A DNA stretch of 64,000 bases. It comes from Phoronis australis (Eukaryota; Animalia; Phoronida). Positions 25,837-37,800 of this stretch are shown piece by piece. The DNA lies in NCBI GenBank assembly GCA_002633005.1, contig NMRA01000177.1, forward strand, positions 1 through 64,000, given 5' to 3'. Below the pieces are notes generated by a model. That model did not search any database and had not been told where the DNA came from. It worked only from the letters and a program-made list of their open reading frames with translations. The position numbers and the translations under genes were made by a program. Numbering within the stretch: the stretch's first letter is position 1; each line of letters opens with the position of its first letter.

Positions 25837-28800
25837 CTAAGAAAACATGCATTTCATTTAATAATTGTGGTGCTACAAATCAACATGTTGAAATAGTATA
25901 AGTGAAATTATTGAAGTCTTGTTACATCCAATTTTATAGCGGCAAGTTGTCTAAACCAAACGCCATTTCTTTAAAAGAAAACAGGCTTATTGATACTTTA
26001 AACTTCATTTGTATTAATCAGTTACTTTATACCCTTTCCATTTTTGTGCAAGTGGAAACAATTCTGGTCATTTTCCACAATTTCTATATTTTTCAAGGCA
26101 TAATGTATCCGACAACCAACCCCAATCACACTCAGCAAAAAATGCCACTCACATGTTCAGCTGTTCCCTGATGTACGCGAGCTCCTGCTTCTCGCTCTGT
26201 ACGATGTCTCTCTCCTCAGCCGCCAGGTAGCGCAGTCGCATGTGCTCCAGCTCCTGTTGTTGCTTCTTAAGGTTACGTCGTGCCGTTGCCTGCTCGCGTT
26301 CCTTCAGTCGAGCCAGTTCCTTTAACGCCTTACCCCACTGTTGTTTATAATGTAACTTGGACTTGGACAAGGAATCCAGCTTCCTCTCCAGCTCCGCCTG
26401 TCAACAAAATTACATTATCATAAATTATAAAACTATAATACCATTATTGGGGCATGTCCGTTGTGTTTAGCAACTGAAACTAAAATTATAAACCAGCTAA
26501 CTCACCCAGCAATAATGTGTCTGAAACAGTTTCATTTCATAATGGATAACTATTTCCATCCCCTGAAAGACGATTTAAGGCATTGTCAAGTAAAACCAAC
26601 CATAAGACTGCTCATTGTGTCAGTCGCAGGTGAATTATATTTGTTTCCATGGAAGAAACTATTAGCCAGTACCCTGAATACCACAGCGCCCTCTTTTATC
26701 CAGCAGAATTAACCCGCAATACTTCGGGTCTGTGGGGCACTTGGATCGCAATCGCATACTGCTGTCGTGCTAATGACTAACGTAGACAAAAATTAGTTTG
26801 GCATTTGTCATCCTGATGTCAATGAAGTTTTACAGTTGTGTAGTGAATTGGAAGTGAGCAGCATCAAGATGAAACAAAGCACAGAGCAAGGAAGTCCTGA
26901 CAGATACGTGATAGACACTGGCGTCACAATACAGTACCTTCTCCAGTGTAAGCACGTTTATCTCTGACTGCAGCTTGATCTCTGGTCTGCTACCCTGCTT
27001 CTCCTTGTAAGCCATGAACTCCTGGTCCAAGCTTTGACACTTGTGATCAGCCTGGGCCAGCTGTAAGAACATAGGGGAAAGTCAATTGAGGACATGAGTA
27101 TTAAGTAATAATATAGCTGACATTAAATCTTTGAGTCACTCGTGGTACAAACATTAGGTAATAGTTTCGGACGCTGGTTCTTACCTCAGACTTCAATCTT
27201 GTAATTCTTTCTTCAAGTTCAGCACACTTTTGTCTGAAGTAAGAGAAGAACAGAATACCATTATCGCCACCACTTTCATCATCATCACAAAAGTAATCAG
27301 ACGAGATGCCATTTTTCCCGTCATGACGGCTTAAATTCTGTTAACAGCTGACACTAAACACAATTTGGTTTTCACCTTTAACTAAAACGTGTTAAACTGT
27401 AACATTACAGTGAAGCAGACATATGTAAAGTGGATACACGTCATGTTCTGTAAGAAAATTGTACTTTCGATGTAGACTTCTTTCCGTTACTACACAGATC
27501 TCTACTTGCACTTTACTCAAATGAAAAAGAGGTTCTGAATTCGTGAAAAAAGATGTTTGTCATTGCTCGAGACCATGCTCAGAGACAAGCCAACTTGTTG
27601 AGCCTGATCTCAACCAATAACGGACTGTCAATTCTTTTCAAGTACACATATTAACCCTAATGCAGAATCAATACACCTTATTCACGCAGTCACCATTTTA
27701 AAAGTGAGCCTCTTTTTAAGTTTTATAAAAAAATTCATTCTGCGCTTAATCACAGCACTAAGCGTGATTTTTTTCGTGTGCTTCGTTAAATTTATGTCTC
27801 AAATGCATTGTTTTCTAAACCTAAAAAGAGGCTCACTCCTAAAATGGCGACTGCGTAAATAAGGTGTAGATACAATTACTTTAAATTATTTAAAAGATGT
27901 CAAGAGGGTTTTAAACATTACCTTACATGAATGTCCAGAGTCTAGTCTACGCCTGAACAATTCTACTCAAATCCTACATTCAACAACAGCGTACAACCAA
28001 TTATGGTGACTATTTTTAAACAAACAGGTAACACAGTTAATCCAACGAGACTGAAGTTGTCAGCGGAGAAGTATTATTTGAACTAAATCCTCTGTGAAAT
28101 TCGATATATGCAAAACGTTACCTTGGAGACTTGAGCATGAATCATAATAACCAATCGCGTGGCATGCTTCGGGTAAAAATTCAGATTTCATGTGATGAGA
28201 TAGGTCAATTTTAAGGCTTTTGAGACAAAACACATTCTTGGGATTATTGTTGAGAATATAATTCAAAATCGGAAGTTATATTTTTGTGATTTTATTTGAA
28301 ATCGAAGACTCCCGACATTGGAGTGGCCAGTGCCCTCATCATTCAGATACGCTTAAAATACTAAGATACATTCTGCATTGGATTTTAGCTCTACTAAGAA
28401 AGCATAGAAGTGTAACCACTGAGAGGTCATGGGTTCAAATCTGTCTAGTGGCTAATCATATATACATAACATTGTATGCCCAGATATTGTACCTTCTAAT
28501 GCTTTCTGGGCTTAACAAATACAAATTATATTTCTAGTAATAAACATTTTAAAAAACTGTCGCCAGCAATGCTTACAAGCCCAGTCCCAGTTTAGATTTA
28601 GTATTTTCCAATNTACAGTACCTTCTCCAGTGTAAGCACGTTTATCTCTGACTGCAGCTTGATCTCTGGTCTGCTACCCTGCTTCTCCTTGTAAGCCATG
28701 AACTCCTGGTCCAAGCTTTGACACTTGTGATCAGCCTGGGCCAGCTGTAAGAACATAGGGGAAAGTCAATTGAGGACATGAGTATTAAGTAATAATATAG

Positions 28801-31800
28801 CTGACATTAAATCTTTGAGTCACTCGTGGTACAAACATTAGGTAATAGTTTCGGACGCTGGTTCTTACCTCAGACTTCAATCTTGTAATTCTTTCTTCAA
28901 GTTCAGCACACTTTTGTCTGAAGTAAGAGAAGAACAGAATACCATTATCGCCACCACTTTCATCACCATCACAAAAGTAATCAGACGAGATGCCATTTTT
29001 CCCGTCATGACGGCTTAAATTCTGTTAACAGCTGACACTAAACACAATTTGGTTTTCACCTTTAACTAAAACGTGTTAAACTGTAACATTACAGTGAAGC
29101 AGACATATGTAAAGTGGCTACATGTCATGTTCCGTAAGAAAATCTAACTTATTTTCGATGTGGACTTCTTTCCGTTACTACACAGATCTCTACTTGCACT
29201 TTACTCAAATGAAAAAGAGGTTCTGGATTCGGAAAAAAAAGACGTTCGTCATTGCTCGAGACCATGCTCAGAGACAAGTCAACTTGTGGAGCCTGGTCTC
29301 AATCAATTACGGATTGTCAATTCTTTTCAAATACACTTATTAACTCTAATGCTGAATCAATACACCTTATTCACGCAGTCACCATTTTAAAAGTGAGCCT
29401 CTTTTTAGGTTTTATAAAAAAATTCATTCTGCGCTTAATCACAGCACTAAGTGTGATTTTTTTCGCGTGCTTCGTTAAATTTATGTCTCAAATGCATTGT
29501 TTTTTAAACCTAAAAACAGGCTCACTACTAAAGTGGCGACTGCGTAAATAAGGTGTATATACAATTACTTTAAATTATTTAAAAGATGTCAAGAGGGTTT
29601 TAAACATTACCTTACATGAATGTCCAGAGTCTAGCCTACGCCTGAACAATTCTACTCAAATCCTACATTCAACAACAGCGTACAAGCAATTATGGTGACT
29701 ATTTTTAAACAAACGGGTAACACAGTTAATCCAACGAGACTGAAGTTGTCAGCTGAGTATTATTTGAACTAAATCCTCTGTGAAATTCGAGATAGGCCAA
29801 ACGTTACCTTGGAGACTTGAGCATGAATCATAATAACCAATCGCGTGGCATGCTTCGGGTAAAAATTCAAATTTCATGTGATGAGATAGGTCAATTTTAA
29901 GGCTTTTGAGACAAAACACATTCTTGGGATTATTGTTGACAATATAATTCAAAATCGTAAGTTATGTTTTTGTGATTTTATTTGAAATCGAAGATTCCCG
30001 ACATTGGAGTGGCCAGTGCCCTCATCATTCAGATACGCTAAAAATACTAAGATACATTCTGCATTGGATTTTAGCTCTACTAAGAAAGCATAGAACTGTA
30101 ACCACTGAGAGGTCATGGGTTCAAATCTGTCTAGTGGCTAATCTTATATACATAACATTGTATGCCCAGATATTGTACCTTCTAATGCTTTCTGGGCTTA
30201 ACAAATACAAATTATATTTCTAGTAATAAACATTTTAAAAAACTGTCGCCAGCAATGCTTACAAGCCCAGTCCCAGTTTAGATTTAGTATTTTCCAATGA
30301 TATTACATTAGACCGCAGTAAGTCATTGAAAATCAGAATAATTAATAAACAAGAGTGTGACAGAAAGATGTTGCGTTTCGGTAACAAAAGAATTTCCGAG
30401 GATGCGGCACACTAGGAAACTGGCGTTGCTGTTCAGGTATCATCATCGGGAGGGTACCTCAATGGCTTTGGAAAATATTCTTGTGAATGAACGCAGAACA
30501 CGGAAAATTAGCAATGGCTGTTAAACTACCACGGCTGTAGCGATGTAATTGCCAAAGGACACAACGTCTTCAAGTAAATGTAGTGTTTGTCTAGTTAATA
30601 GCAAATTTCGAAAAGAAGTAAATAAAAAGGTAATCGTAGATAACAGACTTATTTCTTGTTACAGGACAAAGATTCAAAAAGGTTGAGCAACTCAATTAAA
30701 ATAGAACATAAACACAATACACTAAGACTTTTGCAGCTTTTCACCTTTCACCTCTCACCTCTCCAAGTGAACTCTGTGATCTGCCTCTTCCTTCACCCTC
30801 TTGGATGCCTCCTGTAATTCCTTCAACTTCATTTCATGCTCACGTTGAAGATCGGCCTTTAACCGGGTCACCTTCAAAATCAAAACAAAGGACAATACAA
30901 CGATGGTCTTAAAGCCTGTAAAGGCCCGTAACACTGAGGCAGTTCTCGGTACGATTGTGAAAATGGGCCAAAAAGACCCAATGGGGACCAACTAAACGTT
31001 ATACAGTATGCATGACTGCTGTAGATGGCGTCGATTTGTCTGCCTGTTTCGGTCCCTAGATCGTTTCATCAAGATGTTAAAATGGGCGCAGACGTTCTGA
31101 GAATGATTTTGACGTGACTGGGCTACCAACTAGCAACTCCATCTAGTGTTCAGTTGTGGAAGCAGTATTTTCCTATCCAAGTGACAAAGTGTAAAAAGTA
31201 TGGGCGATCAAAATGACTAAAAAATGAACGTGGCAGAACCGAAAGAAGCGTTAATTAAATTCATTTGTGTGACCTATTCGGTGACCTGCATCATGTAGAG
31301 CATATGACAAAATGATTATTTTTCACCAACATCCTGCAACTGTTATTTATGTCTCCCCTGTGCCCCATATACGCACCTCTGACTCCACATCCTTAATCTG
31401 TCCCTCCCTCTTGTTCAGATCTGCCACAGCAGTCTTCAGCTGCTTCTCAAGCATGTTGTATTCACTTAGCTGGAAAAAAGACAACAGGGTGCAGCACTGT
31501 GACCTACTTAGAGCTATAGGTTAGGTCGGCAGCATTTGACCTTTCAACAGTCACCATGGCCATGTATAGCACTATCTGACTTTCAGTTTTGACAACATTC
31601 TCCAACTTGAGCAGTGAAAATGCAACACAAAGATGAGATTTATTTGAAAATCTAAATAATATCCCTCTTTGTGAGCAATCAGGGGAATTTCAACCTTGTG
31701 ATAAAACAAAAATTACTGAACAAAACAAGTAAAAATTAAAATGAAATGGCAGAGTTAAAATGCTGATGTAACTGTGCAGCTTCATTATTGGCAGTCGGAG

Positions 31801-34800
31801 TCCAAATCTTTCTGAGTTATGAAATGTTGAATATAATGTACCGAACGTCATTATTCCCTTATTTGAGAGTAATAAATGAGAACAAAAGAAAACTGCAGTC
31901 CACCATTTTGTTGAAAGGTCGTAAGCCTGGTCGTATATAAGACAGTTGTAATCACGTAATAGCAAGCATTGCATCTATTATCAAGTTGATCATTTTTCAT
32001 ATGCAGACTTAACACCCTCATGCCCTGCGTCAATGAACTATGCGCAAATTAAAACCAGTTACGACCTTATTGGCCATGATTCGACACGCGATCTTTGATA
32101 AAACGGGTCCCACGAAACCAAATAATAGTTAACTATTTAGTTTCACAAAGCAGATGTGACGGTCCAACAGAAACAAAAAGATAATATGATAAAACAGACA
32201 CATATGCGCAACATAATTGTACCCTCTTTTGGAAGACCGACTCCCTTTCAGAGTCACGTTTCTTCCATTCGGCAGACAGAGCCTTCATGTGTGCGCTCTC
32301 TCGCTCTCGTAACTGAAACAACACAAGAAAGCCTGGTTGTATAACATTAACGTAAAAATAAAATACTCTGGTAGAGGAAAAAATAAACCCTTCATCATTA
32401 TGCTAAACATTCTCTGTAAAACCATGAAGACAATCAAGATTCAATCAAAACCGCAAATAGACACGTTGGTACTCACTGAACACCTCACTAATAGAAAAAA
32501 TCAAATTATCTACAGATTTGTAATCCTCCCAACCTGTCTTTCAACTAGCTCACAGGGCTCAACTTACATGAGTCTCAAACAGCTTCTCCCATACTGCCTT
32601 CAACACCCTCATAGCTTTGAGTCATTTTCCTATTACAAACTGTACGGTACATAGCTCACAGGACTCAACTTACGTGAGCCTCAAACAGCTTTTCCTGAGC
32701 AGCTTTCCATAGTTCAAGTTCCACAGCTGCTCTGTATTCCAGACTCTCCGTCGGGGCCCTGGGGCTTGCTGCAGGGACGGGGGCCTTCTTGGCTGGCTCA
32801 ACATGGATGGTTTCTGACGACTGCGCAGAAAAGAGCAAATCTGACTTGCCACTTGGTACAGATAATACAGTATTGCAGCACCATTAGGCCCATGGGCATC
32901 TATGCGGAACTGCCCTTAAATGCAAAACCTAAGCACATGCACCAATATGCGAGGCACTTGGGAAAAAAGGCCAAGAAAAAAGGCATTATTTCAAATATAG
33001 ACCCATGAGCCTAAAGGTGCAGGAATATGCAAAAATGTCGTTCGTGAAAAACAAGTTATTTTTTAAAAAGTGCAAATTAATGTATATGGGCCTATGCAAG
33101 GGACATTACCTGGGCTTATATGCCAAACTTAGGTGCATGCGCCAATATACAAACCACTAGGGTAAAAAAAGAGGCTGCCAAAAAGGCATTATTTCGGATG
33201 TAGGCCCATGGGCCTAAAAGCATGGCAACACGATATCGCGTTTTCTAGAACGTGTTATTTAAAAATTTACACAATTCACTATTTCTCACGACCTTTTTAG
33301 ATTTATTTATGAATGTGAAAAGTAAAGATTTTGCCGTACCAAGTCTTCGGACATTAGGCATTTGTTAAGTGTACAGGGACATTAAGTGATGTTACACATC
33401 AGTTCAGAGTAACTGGCCCAGCTGCCTTACCTCTGTGGTACTCTCTGGCACTTGGATGGTGTGTGGCTCATAGGCACCGTGATCCTCTAGGATCAACGTG
33501 AAGTCAAGTTCACCCAGCTTACCGCCACCTCTAGACAGGAAGAAACACTAAATTGTTATACAGGGTGGGCCAAAAATGTCAGTGCTGATTGAAAACCATT
33601 TCATTCTGAACAGTAGCTGCATACAGAGGAGGGTAAAAGATGCCAAAATATTTTGATTTCGGAAGGACTTTAACCATTATTAAATTGAACAGCAACTGCT
33701 TCATACTTCTGTAGCACACTGTAGAAAAACATTGCAAGAGTGTTCAACCAGAGTAACATGGGATTAAATCAGAATTTTTAACCTTTTTAAAAGGCCTGTA
33801 TGAAACCCTGTAAAGCATGCATTGCTTCACAGAGTAGAGATTGGTGTGTAGGCTGAACATTGGGTTTTGACACCAAGCATTGCTCTTTGTCAGCCCAAAT
33901 CTAGGTTCATTTTCCCACTATCCAGCTACCTATAATTACCCCACATATGCATTGGAGTGTCTCCTGCACGCTTTGATAGTCTCCCAACGTTCATTCCACA
34001 GTAAAACCAAAGTGATTAGTATAATAATTATGAAACTTAATGCAAAGTGGAGAAACATTAGCACAACTGAAAGCCAGTGAAAGTTTTCAGTGACTGCAGC
34101 TGTTCTAGCCAACAGTACTCACCCCTCTGGTAACAGAATGGGAATCGTTCCAGTCAACTTTTGTGCCGGCGTTCCGTCAACCCCCCTCTATAAAATACAT
34201 TGGAAGAGAACTTTTATTCCCAAAATTAAAATATTTATATACATAGGAGAAAAAACAGATAACTGATTAGTCTACACAATACAACTAAAGAAAACAAAAT
34301 CCCTGGCCTTCTGATGCCAAAAGCTATTATTGCTGTTTTGTAATGTAACTATTACCTTGAGACATCTCTTTTATACCATGGGGTGTCGAATGTTTTGATT
34401 TGATTTTGAGAACCGTCAGATAATTGAGTTGTAAAACAGAGCAAGTTAACCATTCCCGTTTTCTATGATTATACTATGATAGGAATAGAACTCTTAGGAG
34501 TTATTTTTGGCTTAATAAACCGCCTCATTCTCAATTTATTTTACTTTAAAGTTGGCTATTCTTCAAGGGCATTAAATTAGGAGAAATGCTAAGATAACTG
34601 GGGATTTCGTTAATTCTTTGTGTTGCTTACTAAACGGACCTGGATAAAATTCTGCAAATAAAGTAAGTCAACTTAAAAAACTAATGTAAGTTAAAAGGAT
34701 AACAAGCCCGGTTTTGGCCTGTTAACACGTATCAAAAATGACGTTACCAACCAGTTCTCACAAACAAACCAATGATGTGTAACCCTCGACAACTAAAAAA

Positions 34801-37800
34801 GTTTGTAGCAACTCTTTTCAAAGTCTGTTAAACGGGAAAGCCTGACCTACGCTTTAGGAGCATTACACGGCAATTGCAGGGAAAGACCACCCACCAAGAA
34901 CCATAATGTCCCGTCTGTGACACAGAGAGTACGAGTTTTTAGCTGAATCCTGATTTTATCACTGAAGTCGGACGATAATAATGCATGAACAAGTGCGAGA
35001 ACGAGGGTTGGTTGAAATCACAAAAAACAAGGTTTTGTTTGCTTTTAAGCAATTAAAAAATCTTGAGCTAAGAAAGAAACTAGAATGACTCACGGATAGT
35101 GTGATTAATTTGGATCGGCTGCGGCTCATGCAATGGCAAACTTCTAAGTACATGAACGTGTCAAGCGCAATTGCTCATGTTACCAATATTGGGCATCAAT
35201 ACATCAACGACAGTTTGTTTGTTAGAAATTACGTTAGGTTTGAAAAAAAGTAAACCCAAGTGCTAGGATCACAGAAATGAGAATACTGGAATGCAAGTGA
35301 AAAATGAAGCCTCAGACAGCACCATCTTTGTTTTGGTTCACATCTTCCAGTGATTTCAATTCTTAATACGAGGACTTCAATGGCTGTTTCAACAACAAGA
35401 TTCACAGCCACCAATCTGTTTTATTTAAGTTTGAAGTATGTCATTTCAGCTTGTCCTCAAAAGCGTTGCAAGGATCTTTGACCGTTGAAGAAACAATGGA
35501 CATTTTGTAACAACTTACCACAGCTTCACTTCGTTTAGTGTCCAATATTGCAGCCAGAGGGAGCTGACTCACACCAATCAAGACATCCTTGTTCAACTGC
35601 TTGCTGCGGTCATAAACCTCGATGACCAGAGGAATCCTAAAGAAACAGTGAGAGCTGAGATTTTCATTGATGAAGAAAAGAGCAAAAGTCATTGCTACTG
35701 GATAGGGATTTAACAACTCTGAGTTGTTACCACGAGGTAGTGGCTCTTCTTGCACATTTAAAACTCCCCCAAATTTTCATAACATGTCAAGATCTACTAG
35801 GGAGATGTGGGCGTTAAGATACCAAAACTGCCTGAAAATGTATCAAAAACACTGAATTATTTGAATTCTCATTTGAATGTTTGTTATACAGCTTAACGAC
35901 GAATCAGTCTAGATGTGCCAATTCAAAGAAAAAATGTGTGGATGCGACGCTTTCTAGGACCTAGATTGTATTAGGTGTTATGCCCATAAGATACGTAATT
36001 ATAAATTCTTAATGCCGACTTTGTAACAAAGAGTACATTTTACAATAATTTTGTATAAAACCATTTTGAATAGGGTTACGGGTCTCCAAATATGCAGTAC
36101 CATTAAGAAAATCACATATCTGGCCAATTTACTATTAACCCTTATCCTGCTGAGCCTCTATTCAGACTACTTTCCCTGTGTGCTCAGCTAAGTAGGTCAC
36201 CACTACTGCTGTACACTAAGCTGTTGTGGAGGTCACCTAGACAAATGACCTAACAATTTTAAATTGGAAATTTGAAGGGGAAATATTAAATTAACAGAAA
36301 AGAAGTCAATACAAAACTTGTGCAGAATTTAATGGAGAATTTCACCATATATAAGTCTTTATCACAGCCTTGGTGAAAGTAAACTGATCCACTGTCATCC
36401 TCTCCCGTATGGCTCCAGCCATATAATGAAACTATGTCTACACTTACATAAACCTGCCAATATCTCCCAAACTAGTAATCACAGCCATATGGTTTAAATT
36501 GGAGAACAGTAGAGGAAGTTGTGAAGTATGGAATGCTCATGGTCACATATCTAAACAACATTCCAGGGCTCTTACAATTTCTAAATGAAAATCACAAGTG
36601 TGCTGGGGTGAGTGCACTTTCCTAGCGCAGCCCAGCTGTAACTTATTATAGTCGATTGAGTACACCCAACGCATTTTAATAGGATAATTGGCATGTCGGC
36701 TGACCTCGCCTAGCGCAGGATAAGGGTTAAGATCACATTTTCAGTCTTGTTTTCAACCGATCAGCTTTTAAACAGTGTAACAAGCTTTTTGCGCAATGCC
36801 TCCGTGGAAAAGACGGCGCTGTGAACAGCAGATCTTCTTGTACTACTTATTTGGCCATGCAATGAATTAAAATAACAAATTCTGACAGTTCAACATTTAC
36901 GCTATTAACATTTCCTTCCCTTTTGCTACACCACAACTACAGAACGAGAAAAACATATGCGGCTTGGAAGAAATGATCAGCACCAACATGGCTGGCATAA
37001 AACACTGAATTAATATCAGAAATGGTAAACATTGTAATATTACGTGACACTCGACAAATTACAAATAAGCTTAACAGGCGGCCCAGTGTACCTGTGAAAC
37101 GTGTCTTTCAGTTCTTGTGCGGTCGTGGCGAAATCGAAGGCGCAGTAGGAGCGAGGCAATGTTACCTGTGTGTTACGACGTGCTTCCACAGCGGGGTGGG
37201 TTGTGATGGGTGCTGACGAACCGAAGAAAGAGTACACATACCTGGGAGAAGAAACAGCAGACGTGGAAGCTTAGAGATAATTCCTCAGTTAATTTACACA
37301 AATATCATTTCTAAATTTCTTATTTTATCATTTTACAAAGCCTGACTCCTTTGCTTGACATGCAGAAATACCAATAACGTTGAAATGCATCAGATTTCTA
37401 CATTAACTCTTTCACAAAAGCACATTTTGGCAACTTATACATTCACTGCCAATGCACAGATTGGCGAGTATGGCGCTCGCCCATCCTTAAGATATAGTAA
37501 TGAGTCATCAATTTCATGGGAGATAACTACAGTTTCATCAAATCCCAAACAAAAATCAAGCTTTTTTGCAGTTTTAATTTTTTGGAAAAATTTCTGTTGA
37601 TCGGTTACTAGATGGCCCACTGCCAAAGTTTTGACACAAATTGAAAGTTTTGGGATACGAGTTTGAAATGTCAAACAAGTTACGTTTATCAACCAAATCT
37701 CAGTTCTAAAAAAATGACATTGAAAGAGTAAATAAATACGATGAACAAATGCAACAGACATGTAACTCAGATGAAACTTCTTCAAAGTTTTAGAAAAAGC

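Larger units (their letters stand above)
26930..30298. repeat. Tandem duplication of about 1684 bp (26930-28612 and 28614-30298) separated by one N
   Basis: Direct comparison; duplicated ORFs in the track; N at 28613 exactly at the junction. Confidence 0.95.

Noticed and set aside
28405-28450. tRNA-like B-box GGTTCAAATC (similar motif near 54131)
   Set aside because: No acceptor stem or cloverleaf; at most a SINE fragment.
28060-30223. Apparently paralogous small ORFs (68/67 aa and 83/83 aa)
   Set aside because: Intronic sequence repeated by the 1.68-kb duplication; no coding signature.
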